Positions 11,966-24,735 of a stretch of 64,000 bases of DNA are shown in pieces. Source of the DNA: Azolla caroliniana (taxonomy: Eukaryota > Plantae > Polypodiophyta); assembly GCA_043228905.1 (NCBI GenBank), contig JBHGNT010000005.1, positions 10,540,001 through 10,604,000 of the forward strand, in the 5' to 3' direction. The notes beneath the pieces were generated by a model. It was not told the origin of the DNA and did no database searches. It saw only the letters and a program-made list of their open reading frames with translations. A program made the translations under genes and the position numbers. Every line of letters starts with the position of its first letter. Position 1 is the stretch's first letter.

Positions 11966-12415
11966 AAAGATCCATAATAAAGTCCAAGGAAATAGATTTT
12001 CATGGGCTCTCGGGAATAAGCATTGGCTGTAATAACCCATATGGATGATGTTGAGGCTTTTTTTATTGGCAACATGTATCGCAACTACAAACATAATCCA
12101 TAACAAAATGGTGAAGCCGTGGCCACCAATATCGACGAGAAATCAACTCAAAAGTCTCAAGTGGATGCTGAAATGTCTAGCCATTGGTGTGTCATGACAT
12201 TGTTGCATGACTTTGAGTCGAGAAGGACCATCAGGAAGGTACAAGAGAGTTTGTCGAAAAAGTAAACCATCATGCCAACTGAACTGGGTGTACTCTAGAC
12301 AAGGATTTTGAGATTGCGGGTTGGAAGCACGATATGGGATAATATGGCTCAAAACCTCTTGGGAAAATGCATCAGTCGCAATATGCTCCCGAATGGAATC
12401 AAGAAGCCTTTTTAA
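11966..12415 (-). pseudogene. Chromovirus integrase N-terminal remnant
   Basis: LLYLPDGPSRLKVMQQCHDTPMARHF, the integrase HHCC region. Confidence 0.75.
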
Positions 12416-13110
12416 CATTCAGTATTTCATAGTTCTCTCCTAAAACCCTATCAGGACAGCACTATCCTAGGTCGTATCAAACCACCTCCACCCCCAATCG
12501 AACTTGAAGAGGGACCTGAGTACGAGGATGCTGCCATCCTCGATTCCAAGATTGTTCGCAACAACAGAATGTGACTAATGCTCCTGCTCTTCTAGAAGAC
12601 TTCCATCGTCAATATCCAGAAAAACCGAGTCCTCAATCCAGAACGACTCGTAACACTCCTCGTTTTATAGAGGGGATAATGGCATGATATGGCAAGATTC
12701 AAACCCATGACCTCATGTTACATGGGTCGAGCCCTTGCCATTAGACTATACATTGTAATACGAAGTATGTTATTATTTCCCTATAGAAAATTGACGTATA
12801 TTTCATATTTCTCTAGAACATTCTAGAAACTTTCAGGAGTACTCCTGATAACACTATATAAGGAGGCACAAGGCATTATTTCAACCAAATTAGTTCAACG
12901 CCAGTCTTAAGCCTCCTAGGTACTACTGTATATATTCTCTTCACATAATATATATCTTTTGTTATCATCTCTCTCTCTCGCTCGATATCTCTCTCTCCCT
13001 CCCTCTCTCTCTCTCACTCTTTCCTTCTCTCGAGAGTTCTACACCTCTCTTAGTACTAATCCTCATATTTTAGTACTAATTCCTTCTCTTTCTTAGTACT
13101 GTTCCTGACA
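12416..13110 (+). mobile_element. Chromovirus 3' end: chromodomain remnant, PPT and LTR 12680-13110 (duplicate of 23786-24649)
   Basis: KPPPPPIELEEGPEYE, PPT aggggataa; the LTR matches 24199-24649. Confidence 0.85.
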
Positions 13111-14170
13111 GATAGTATGCATTGTCATTAGTCGTAGACGATCAGGGCCTAAGAGGATTTTCTTTTGACTTTCAAATGCGGCCTCTCCTGGCTGAAGTTC
13201 CATATACGAACGTCGAGATAAAGCATATGCTTTTCCTTGTTGCATCCCTGGGCAATATAGAATTACGAAATCAAAACGAGTTAAGAACTGCGCCCATCGA
13301 GCTTGTCGACGATTCAAGAATCAAGCACTTTGGAAGCATGCTAGATTTTTGTGATCATTGTAGACAATAATCTATTGAGAAGAACCCCCCAAAAAATGAC
13401 GCCATTGTTGAAAAGAATCCACAATGGCAAGAAGCTCTTTGTCATTAATCTCATAGTTGATTTCTACAGCTTCAAATTTTCGTGAGTGAAAATCACAGGG
13501 TTCAGTTCGCCATCTTCGCCAATTTGGGATAGTATACTTCCGAGTGCGAAATCAGATGCATCAGCTTGAAGTATAAAGCTTCTCATTGGATCGACGTGCA
13601 TTAAAATTGGTGCATATGTAAACGCTTGCTTTAAACTCTCAAATGCAGAGTTCACATCTATACTCCATACAAATGGCCGATTCTTTTGCGTCCGTTGAAT
13701 GAGGGGCAACACAATCTTTGAATAATCTTTGATGAACTTGCGATAAAAGTTTGCGAACCCCAAAAAACATTGTACATCTCGCACAGACTGTGGTGCTCGC
13801 CAATCCAAAAATTGTTTGAACCTTTGATGGATCCATAGAGATGCCATTTGAAGAGACTATGTATCCCAAAAACTCTACTTGACACTGGTCGAAACTACAC
13901 TTCTCCAATTTTGCATAGAGACCATATTCTCACAACCGCAGCAAAACTTAGCGAACGTGTATCTCATGCTCCTCTTGAGTTTTTGAGTAGATCAAGATAT
14001 CATCCAAGTAAACTATGATGAAGATATCGAGGAAGTCTTGAAAAATGTCATTCGCCATATGTTGGAAAACTGTTGGTGCATTTGTGAGACCAAATGGCAT
14101 CACTGTATCCTCAAAATGACCATCGCAAATGCGGAACGCAGTCTTCTGTTCATCCCCAGGATGAATTCGA
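13111..14170 (-). pseudogene. Chromovirus RT/RNase H fragment (duplicate of 24650-24710 + 40028-41020; holds the empty site of the DNA transposon)
   Basis: [27 protein letters not shown] and RRQARW motifs; colinear with 40032-41020. Confidence 0.9.
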
Positions 14171-15289
14171 ACAAGGTTTAGAGGATTCATCCCCAGAACA
14201 AGATGGGGAACTAGCGTTACGCGTGCAATTTGAAGCGACCATTGGAGCGTTGCAACAACAAGGACCAAGTATGCAAGGGATTCCTAAAGAACCCAATATC
14301 GGCCTTCCTATGAAATTCGATGGAACACGATCACAGTTTAGAGGATTCCTTATTCAGGTACGATTACTCATTCAAATGCATCCTTCCCGATATCCCACCG
14401 ATGCATCACGAGTGGGTTTAGTAGGCACGTTGTTAAGAAGGCAGTGAACTGTCCCCATCGGCCAAGAAGGCAGGTAAATCAAATAATTGCTAGTACTAAT
14501 AGTACTAAACCCGAGTCTATTTCTCTAGGTGTGTCTGATAGCCCTAATAGACCAAGCCTTTCAAACAAATTTGAAATCCTTAGTCAACTAGAAGAAGAGT
14601 TAAACAATTAAGTCTAGCCAAAATAGGAGTCATTTGTTTAGACAGCCCTAGATCTATGCAGCCCATTAGTGGTTCCATTTCCTCTAAGCAAGTTAGCAAT
14701 GTGTTCTTAGCTCAAGTAATGGTTAGTACTAAAAGTACTCCTCCAATACATGTCTTAGCACTTTTAGATTCCGGAGCCAACTCTTGCTTCATGGATAGGA
14801 ATTTTGCCCAAGCTCATCAAATATCCCTAAGAAAACTTTCTTGCCCAACATATGTAGTAGTTATTGATGGTCATCCGATTGCTTCCGGAAAAATCGTAGA
14901 GGAGTCAAAGCCGATTCAAGTTGTCCGGAAGCAATCATTTAATATAATTAGTAGTCAAGATCATCCAATTTTCTTGGGGTTACCGTGGTTCAAATTACAT
15001 AACCCAGACATACATTGGAGAACAAGAGAAATCCGGTATTGACAAGTCCGCGGATCTACTCATAAGATTGCAACCATTTCGCTACATCAATTGCATGAGG
15101 AAGGACGCAATGAAGCAATGTTTGTCTTCGCGGTATTAGTAAAACCTTCCAACACTACAAAAGAGGAATCCACGATTCAACTTCCAGAGAATTATCGTCA
15201 GTATGCCGATGGGTTCGATAAGGTACAAGCCAATACGCTTCCTCACCACTAGCCATATGATTGCCCCATCGATTTACAACCGGGAAAAG

Positions 15290-18200
15290 TGTTGAATACA
15301 AGGCCGTCAATGCGGAAGATCAAGTAGCATTCGATTGGGGTTGAGTACCTGCGTATGACAGTTTCCAAGATCGTGCACAGAGATAGAGAGAGAGAGAGAG
15401 GAGGCACAAAAGACTCTTTCTATTCAATAGAAAACAACGATACAACCAACCTTACAAAAAGGTTACTAGGTCACTTTATATAGTGACAAACTTAGGGCAA
15501 CTACCCTTTATGCTAATTACACAAATTGCCCAAACTTGAGCTATAGAAAGGGATAGTGTGAATACGTCCATTATACACTTGTATTCGACACTCCCCCTTA
15601 ATGGGCGTATACATGGGTTATCTAAGATTACAGGTATAAACCTAGGTTCTCGGACATATCAGTTTTGTTCGAGTCGGCAGGGTCCGAAGGCAGAAGACCG
15701 GACTGGTCGGGTCGGAAGAGTTGAAGCCGATCATTAAGGAACTGATGTCGGTTGTCTGAAACCATCCTGCGTTGTGTCCGGCTCTAACCGGACTGGTTTG
15801 TCGTTATGCCCATCTGATGCCGAAGGGACCGAAAGCAGTCTGCCGAAAGACACTTGGTCATTCCATCTGCGACATTGTCGGTTGTAGATATTTTCTCTAG
15901 ACCGATTTTCCCTGAAATGACGCAGTCCCGAACGAAGTGATATCGAACGTCGATATGTTTGGAGGCGTTGTGGTGAACCGGATTTCTCGACAAGGCAACA
16001 GCACCTTGACTGTCGCTATAGACAACTGGGGCCGAGTCATGGTCGACTTGTCGAAACGTGTGCGCCAGCCGGCCGAGCCACAAAGCTTCTTTTGCAGCGT
16101 CGGACGCAGCTACATATTCTGCTTCGGTTGTTGAGGTCGCTGTGCACTCCTGAAGTTTCGACTTCCACGAAATTGCTCCATTGCCGAATTTGAAGCAGTA
16201 TCCAGTTGTTGATTTCCGACTGTCTATACAGCCGGCGAAGTCCGAGTCGGTGTAACCGACTATGCCCGAGGTTGAGTTCGGACCGAAAAGAATGCCGTGG
16301 TCTTTTGTGCCAGCCAGATATTTGAACACATGCTTGACTGCGTTCCAATGCGATCGGCCAGGATTGTGCATAAATCTGCTAACGACTCCTACGGCAAGAG
16401 AAATATCAGGCCGTGTCGCGACCATCAGGTACATAAGGGAGCCGACTGCCGGTGCATACGGTACCGACTTCATATCTTCCCCCTCCGGACCGGATGTCGG
16501 GCAGTCTCGCTGAGAGAGCCGAAGATTCATGGGGAGCGGGGTTGAAGCAGATTTGGCTGATTGCATGTTGAAGCGTTCCAAGACACGTCCGATATAGTCG
16601 GTCTGAGACAAAAAAAGATGTCGTTTATCGCGATGCCGACTAATCTTCATGCCAAGTATGTGTCGTGCCGGACCGAGGTCCTTCATGGCAAACTTCAACC
16701 GCAATTGCCGAATGAGATCGGCAAGTTCGCCCGCGTGGCGTCCAGAAATTAGCATGTCGTCCACGTAAATGATGAGGAAGATGGGTGATCCATCTTGAGC
16801 TGTGTTGGTAAAAAGACAATGGTCCTCATCGCTTTTTGAGAAGCCGATCGATTGGATGAAGTCGTCGAACTTCTTGTACCATTGTCGCGGTGCCTGTTTG
16901 AGGCCGTATAGACTCTTCTTGAGTCGGTAGACTAGATGTTCTTGGCCAGTTGCCACGAAGCCTTTTGGCTGCTCCATATAAATTTCCTCTTCAAGATCAC
17001 CATGGAGGAAGGCTGTTTTGACATCTAGCTGAATCAGCTCCAAGTTGTCGGCTGCCACTACGCCGAGTAGAAAACGAAGGGTTGTCATTTTCACCACTGG
17101 TGAAAAAATCTCGTCGAAGTCGACGCCATATTCTTGTCGGAAGCCCTTCGCAACTAATCTGGCCTTGTACTTTGGGGTGGTCGAATCAGACGTCTCTTTT
17201 AGTCGATAAACCCACTTGCAAGGAAGAGCACGTCGATTCTTAGGTAATTCGACCAGATCCCAAGTCTTCTTTGCCCGAATGGAGTGCATTTCCGACTCCA
17301 TCGCCAGATGCCAAGTGGCTGAATCGACAGATGTCGATGCTTCTTCGTAAGACATCGGTTCGCCGGCGTCGGTGAAGAAAATTCCAGGAGAATACCTCTC
17401 CGGAGGTTGCGACAGTCTCTCGGATCGTCGAGGTATGATTGGACTGGTCGTATCGGGTATCGAGGTCGGATGGTCCGAAAGTGAATTATTCTGCTGTGCC
17501 GAGTCAGAGTTGTCCGAGTCGGTAGTGGAAGGTTCAGCTACCCGTGAAGCTGACCGTGTGTTAAGAGCGGGGCCTTCTTGAAGGGTCGGCACATCGGAAA
17601 ATGTTACCCTTCGGACTTCGATCGGTGTTTTGACTGATGGATTCATAGCCGACTCGTTGAACACAACGTCCGAACTTCGAACGATTTGTCTGCGTTCGGG
17701 GTCCCAGAGTCGGTATCCCATTTCGCCGTCTGATCCATATCCAAGGAAAATGCATTTCCTGGACCGAGGTGCAAGTTTTCGGCGATCATCTTTCGGAATA
17801 AGGGTGTACGCCTCGCATCCGAAGATCCTCAGCTTGTCGTAATTCGGCTTACTGTCGATCCATAGTTCCTGAGGAATTTGAAGTCCTAGAGGTCTGCTTG
17901 GCGACATATTGATTATGTGTACTGCCGTGAGTAGAGCCTCTGCCCAGAAGCCATCCGACAGTCCGGAGTGTTGGAGCATGGAAACTATCCGTTCTTGGAT
18001 TGTCCGATTCATGCGTTCTGCAATCCCGTTTTGCTCCGGACTGTGTGGTGTCGTAAATTCACGTCGGATGCCACGTTGTCGGCTGAATTTGACGAATTCT
18101 TCTGATTTGAACTCTCCCCCATTGTCGGTCCGAAAGCATTTCAGTTTTCGGTCGGTTTGATTTTCTACCATAGTGAGCCAATCGGAGAAGATCGAGAAGA

Positions 18201-20697
18201 CACGATCTTTGGTGCGAATTGGATAAGCCCACACCTTTCGAGTCGAATCGTCAATGAAACTGACGAAGTAAGAGGCACCGCCGAGAGACTGATGCGGCAT
18301 TGGGCCACAGACGTCCGAGTGGACTAAATCGAGAGGTCTCGTTTCTCTTGGTGCTGATGTCGGGTGTGATGCGGCTGCTTGTTTGCCATACTGGCAATGT
18401 TCGCAGAATTGATGGTCCGAGAAGGAGAGTTTAGGGATGTATCCGGCTCTAGATAGGTGCGTGATGCCGGCCTTGCTGAGGTGTCCTAATCTTCTGTGCC
18501 ATAGTGATGACACAGGAATATCCACCAAAAACAAGTTACCCTCTCTGAGCGTAACATGTAACGGATACAGTGAGTGTATCTTGGGTCCTCTAGCAAGCAG
18601 GAGGTTCCCCTTGTGGAGTGTCCACCCTCCCGAAGAAAAACCGGCACGAATGCCGTCTTCATCTAGTTGTCCGACTGAGATCAATGGCCTTGAGAGCTCG
18701 GGTACATGTCGGACATTGTGAAGTACAAGTGTAGAGCCACCTGCAAGGTTGAGCTCTACTGTGCCGATTCCAATGATGTCACAGTGTTGCGAGTTGCCGA
18801 CTCGAACTGAGTCGGAGTGACGGATTGTATATTGCCGAAATTGGGATCGATGAGGAGTCACGTGAAATGACACGCCCGAATCTAAGAGCCATGTGCTCGA
18901 TTCTTCAGTCATGAGCAGAACTTCTGATCCGACTGGATTTTCGATTGATAGTATATTCGGGTCGTTTGGTAGCACATCAGCTGAGAAGCTGACGTAATTG
19001 ATCTCCTCATGCCGGCCACTCTTCTTGTCTGATTTCTGAGACTTGTCGTTCTTGTTCTTGAGTGCGCGGCAGTCGGCTTTGATGTGTCCGGGTTTCTTGC
19101 AATAGTTGCAGATTCGATTATCCCGTGACTGGCTCCGTCTTCGCTGATTGTTCGGCTGCCGTGAGGAATCTCTTCCTCGTATGTTCGATCGGTCTGTCGA
19201 ACCTTGTACTACATAAGCGTCGTCTGTTGAGTCTTTGGCGAAAGACTTTCTCCGAGCTGCTTCGGTCAGGATTGCGCTCGTGACTTCGGAGTATTTAACA
19301 GCCGTGGTTGACGCGTTGCACACGGTAGTGACGAAAGTTTCCCATGATGAGGGAAGGCTGCTCATGAGTATCATTGCTCTGAGTTCATCCTCGATTGCCG
19401 TCCCCTGAGATGAGATTTGGGAGCTTATGCTTTCGTACTCATTGAGATGTGCTTGAACCGAATCTGATTCTTTCATTCGCAAGTTGTAGAGGCGCCGGAT
19501 CAGAAACATCTTCGTTGCAGCGACCTTCTTTTCGTAGGTGTCCGACAGTGTTTTCCACAGTTCGAATGCTGTCGTACACGATTGCACCGTAAAGTATACC
19601 GATTCCGATAGGTGCATCCGAATCGTGGCGCGGACGATTCTGTCCAGCTTCTACCACTCAATTGGTTTGTATCCTTCTGGAGGTTCTTCATTTTCGATGG
19701 GATCGATTTGCCCCTTGACTATGAGATAGTCCTGCATTTGCTCCTTCCAGAAGTTGAAGTTCAATCCATCGAACTTTCGTAGACTCATTTCTGACGAGCC
19801 GGATGTTGATGTCATGACTCTGCCCTAAGTCGGCTACGAACTTTGGTGAAGTGCAGCGGTTTGGCCCACTCAGTGTCGTTCTAGCCGAAGTTGGACACAA
19901 GTGATATTGATTACGGAGAATCGGGGATTTGGTTCGGATTGACTACCGACAACTGTCTTAGTCGAGTTGAACCTAGATTTAACGATCCGACAGTACTTCA
20001 AGCCGATTCGGTTTCGGTTGACTGCAACGGTGAGAGCAATGGAACCGACTGGTCCTTCCGATTATTGTCCAATCGAATGAAACACGAACTGGGGTTGTCC
20101 TTGAAGTCGTCGTTGTGCAGGAAGCCCACCTCAAGCAGTTACGATCAAGGAAGTAGAGTACAGCCGACTGGCTTACTCCGAGTGATGATCTAACACAGCG
20201 AGATTCAAGCTTGTGTTTGCCTACTTTCTTCTCTTTTTTTCTTCGAATGACGCAGGAAACCGAATGCTTTGCAGACTAGGATGAAGCGAAAGGCCGAATA
20301 CTGTGCAGGCTGTGATGACGCGAAGAACCGAATGCTGTGCACGCTGAGACGACGGCCGACAGCGGGTTGAGGAACCTTGCTCTGATACCAAATGTTGAAT
20401 ACAAGGCCGTCAATGCGGAAGATCAAGTAGCATTCGATTGGGGTTGAGTACCTGCGTATGACAGTTTCCAAGATCGTGCACAGAGATAGAGAGAGAGAGA
20501 GAGAGAGGAGGCACAAAAGACTCTTTCTATTCAATAGAAAACAACGATACAACCAACCTTACAAAAAGGTTACTAGGTCACTTTATATAGTGACAAACTT
20601 AGGGCAACTACCCTTTATGCTAATTACACAAATGACCCAAACTTGAGCTATAGAAAGGGATAGTGTGAATACGTCCATTATACACTTGTATTCGACA
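15290..20697 (-). mobile_element. Full-length young Ty1/Copia retrotransposon
   Basis: LTRs 15290-15590 and 20393-20697 differ only by a 4-bp (GA)n length change and about 2 substitutions. TSD AAAAG at 15285-15289 and 20698-20702, PBS-iMet 20379-20390, PPT 15591-15600. Confidence 0.97.
15784..19815 (-). CDS. Copia gag-pol polyprotein (gag, Zn knuckle, PR, INT, RT, RNase H) with one in-frame TAG at 19651-19653
   Basis: 1277-aa ORF with CNYCKKPGHIKADC, WLLDSG, HRRLGH...CEHC, VHSDVCG, FRTDNGGEF, QNGIAER, LDVKTAFL, YVDDM and YTDSDFAG. Extends 66 codons upstream to MTSTSG...KFDGLNFNFWKEQM. Confidence 0.95.
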
Positions 20698-20771
20698 AAA
20701 AGAGCCACCATGGGGATCGATCTACAATTTGTCACCAACCGAGCTAGAAGTCCTTCGAGCCTATATAGAGG

Positions 20772-21801
20772 AGAATTTGGCAAACAGTTTCATTCAACAT
20801 TCGAAATCTCCAGCCAACGCACCCATTTTCTTCATCAAAAAAAAGGATGGATCACATCGTCTCGTCATAGACAATCGCGGCTTGAATAAGGTCATCATCA
20901 GGAATAGGTATGCACTTCCGCTTATCTCAACTCTTTTAGAACAGATCAGTGGTGCAAGGCTCTTTACAAAGATCGACTTACGAGGAGCATATAACCTCGT
21001 ACAGATCCAACCAGGAGATGAATGGAAGACCGTGTTCCGCACCAGATATGGGCACTTCGAGTATACGGTCATGCCATTCGGTCTCACTAATGCACCAACA
21101 GTCTTTTAGCATACGACAAATGATATATTCCGAGATCTCTTGGATGTTTTTTTGATCATCTATTTGGATGATCTACTAGTTTATTCGAAAACCCAAGAAG
21201 AGCATGATTCTCATGTACTATTAGTACTAAAACGGCTTCGAGAACATAGTCTTTATACAAAACTAGAAAAATGTAGCTTCGACTACAGAATTTGGCAAAC
21301 AGTTTCATTCGACATTCGAAATCTCCAGCCGGCGCACCCATTTTCTTCATCAATAAAAAGGATGGATCACATCGTCTCGTCATAGACTATCACAGCTTGA
21401 ATAAGGTCACCATCAAGAATAGATATGCACTTCCGCTTATCTCAAGTCTTTTAGAACGGATCAATGGTGCAAGGTTCTTCACAAAGATTGACTTACGAGG
21501 AGCATATAACCTCGTACAGATCCGACCAAGAGATGAATGGAAGACCACGTTCCGCACCAGATATGGGCACTTCGAGTATACGGTCATGCCATTCGGTCTC
21601 ACTAATGCATCAACAGTCTTCTAGCATATATCAAATGATATATTCCGAGATCTCTTGGATGTTTGTTTGATCATCTATTTGGATGATTTACTAGTTTATT
21701 CGAAGACCCAAGAAGAGCATGATTCTCATGTACTAGTAGTACTAAAACGGTTTCGAGAACATAGTCTTTATACAAAACTAGAAAAATGTAGCTTCGACTA
21801 C
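20772..21801 (+). repeat. 515-bp tandem duplication inside the chromovirus RT
   Basis: 20772-21286 and 21287-21801 both run agaatttggcaaacag...gcttcgactac. Confidence 0.9.
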
Positions 21802-24007
21802 AACCAAGTGGAATTTCTAGGCTATGTCATCTCCTCGGAAGGCATCTCTATGAATCTAGCTAAGGTCAAAACTGTGGTAGAGTGGCAAACTTCACATTCA
21901 TTGCTAGATGTGCAATGCTTTTTAGGCTTTGCCGATTTCTACCGCAAGTTTATACAAGATTACTCAAAGCTTATTCTGCCTCTCACATAGCTTACCAAGA
22001 AGGGGCAGTCGTTTGTTTGGTCTAAAGAAGCAGACATGGCTTTTGAGAGTCTTAAGAAGGCATTTACATCAGCTCCTATTCTAGCTCATGTTGATCCGGC
22101 AAAACCATTCATCATTAAGGAAGATGCGCTGGATTCCGCCTTGGGTAGCATTCCTTCACAACAAGGCGATGAGGAAAAGCTACATCCTGTGGCTTTCCAC
22201 TCACACAAGTTTAACGCCACCGAAATCAACTATGAAATTCACGATAAAGAGTTATTAGCAATAGTGGACTCTTTTACGCAATGGAGGCATTTCCTAGAAG
22301 GATCTTCTCATCAAGTCACTGTATTCACTGATCACAAAAATCTTGCCTACTTCTAGAATGCTCGTGTATTAAATTGACGCCAAGCTCGGTGGGCCCAATT
22401 CCTCACTTGTTTCGACTTCAAAATTACATATCATCTTGGGAAGCAACAAGGGAAGGTAGATGTGTTATCGCGACGCTCGTATCTAGCACCGCGTCCCAAT
22501 GTGCCAACATTCGACAACCAAAAGCAAGTAATCCTAGGACCGGCATGACTGCAATCAATGCGGGTTTTCAATATGCCATTGGATTCACACATTATCGATT
22601 CCGTACATGAGGACTTGAAGATCGATGCTTTTGCTCAAGCCATTCTAGCACAAATTGATCCCTCTTGGGCATCTTGTTCACAGTTGCAACAACTAGGTAC
22701 GGATTATCGACAATTCGAATGTCATAATGGATTACTATTCTTTAAGAAGCTCTTGTATGTTCCTAATGGTTCTTGTCGCCTTTGAGTAGTCCAAAAATGT
22801 CATGACACATATACAGCTAGGCATTTTGGTAGTACTAAAACGTTAGATTTAGTACAACGATCATTTTGGTGGCCTCATATGTGACGATTTGTCGAAGATT
22901 ATGTTCAGACATGTGTTACATATTGCAGCGCAAAGATGCCAAGACACCATCCATATGGTTTATTGGAACCATTACCAATTCCAAGCATGTCGTGGCAATC
23001 CATTGCTCTAGATTTTATCACATATCTTCTAGTTTCTAAGGGATTCAATGCGATCTTAACACTAGTAGATCGATATACGAAGATGGCCCATTTCCTGCCA
23101 TGTAATAAGTAAATTACTAGGGAAGAAACTGCCGAAACTGTCATGCGTGAGGTATGTCGGCATCATGGCCTCCCCAATAGTATCATCAGTGACTATGGAC
23201 CCCAGTTCATCTCGAAATTTTGGAAGCACCTCTTCAAAATGCTCAAGGTCACTTGTAACCTCTCATCTGGCTACCACCCACAAAAAGACAGACAAGTAGA
23301 ACGAACAAATCAAACGTTGGAACAGTGTCTCCAGTGTTTTCTAAGCTATCATCAAGATGACTGGGCGGATATTCTCCATTTCCCCTAATTTGCGTATAAT
23401 AACTCTATCCACTCATCGACTAAGGTCACAACATTTTACGCTTATATAGGCTATCATCCCCGGTGGTGTGTTTTCAAAACTCTGGAGTTACCCACAAATC
23501 CTTGTGCAGAGTATCATTTGGAGCAGTTACGCAAGATACAGGCAACTTTATCTACTCATTTACAACAACCTCAACAAACACACAAGGATTATGCGGATCG
23601 TCATCAGCTTCCATCCAATTTTAACATTAGAGATTGGGTATGGTTATTACGATGACACATCAAGACTACTCACCTATGCAATAAATTGGATTATCGGGGA
23701 TTGGGTCCTTTCCATATTATCAGAAAAATTAATGATGTCGCTTTTCGTCTCAATCTACCACCGCAACTACAGATACATACGGTATTTTCATAGTTCTCTC
23801 CTAGAACCCTATCAGGACAGCACTATCCTAGGTCATATCAAACCACCTCCACCCCCGATCGAGAACTTGAAGATGGACCTGAGTACGAGGTTTCCGCCAT
23901 CCTCAATTCCAAGATTGTTTGCAACAAGCTCTACTATTTGGTCGATTGGCTAGGATATAGTCCCAACGAGGGTACTTGGGAACCAATAGAGAATGTGACT
24001 AATGCTT

Positions 24008-24197
24008 GTGCTCTTCTTGAAGACGTCCATCGTCAACATCCAGACAAACCGGGTCCTCAATCCAGAACGACTCGTAACACTTGTCGTTTTAAAGGGGGGA
24101 TAGTGCTCTTCTTGAAGACTTCCATCGTCAATATCCAGACAAACCGGGTCCTCAATCCAGAACGACTCGTAACACTTGTCGTTTTAAAGTGGGGATA
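24008..24197 (+). repeat. 95-bp tandem duplication covering the chromodomain end and PPT
   Basis: gtgctcttcttgaagac...ggggata occurs twice in tandem. Confidence 0.9.
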
Positions 24198-24489
24198 GTG
24201 TCATGATATGGCAAGATTTGAACCCATGACTTTATGTTACATAGGTCGAGCCCTTGCCATTAGACTATACATTGTAATACGAAGGATATTATTTTCATTT
24301 ATTATTTCAGTATAGAAAATTAATGTATATTCCATATTTCTCTGGAACATTCTAGAAACTTCAGGAGTACTCCTAATAACACTATATAAGGAGGCACAAG
24401 GCATTATTTCGAACCAAATCAGTTCAACACCAGTCTTAAGCCTCCAAGCTACTACTGTATATTCTCTTCACATAATATATATCTTTTGT

Positions 24490-24559
<70 letters not shown>

Positions 24560-24710
24560 TTCCTTCTCTCGAGAGTTCTACACCTCTCTTAGTACTAATC
24601 CTCATCTTTTAGTACTAATTCCTTCTATGTCTTAGTACTGTTCCTAACAGATAGTATGCATTGCCATTAGTCGTAGACGATCAAGACCTAAGAGGATTTT
24701 CTTTTAACTT

Positions 24711-24735
24711 GCGTAAAAGCATGCGAGTGGAAACA
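24711..24735 (+). repeat. Left terminal inverted repeat
   Basis: Reverse complement of 40003-40027. Confidence 0.9.

Larger units (their letters stand above)
14171..24649 (+). mobile_element. Decayed Ty3/Gypsy chromovirus (Tcn1-like): gag-PR-RT-RH-INT-chromodomain, 3' LTR 24199-24649, with a nested Copia
   Basis: Gag [34 protein letters not shown] and [28 protein letters not shown], chromodomain VDWLGYSPNEGTWEPIEN, PPT and TG..CA LTR. Many stops and frameshifts. Confidence 0.9.

Noticed and set aside
15937-19729. Numerous short antisense and alternate-frame ORFs over the Copia pol
   Set aside because: Shadow ORFs of the long gag-pol frame.
24495-24554. (CT)n microsatellite, also (GA)n at about 46410-46453
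   Set aside because: Ordinary simple repeats within LTRs.
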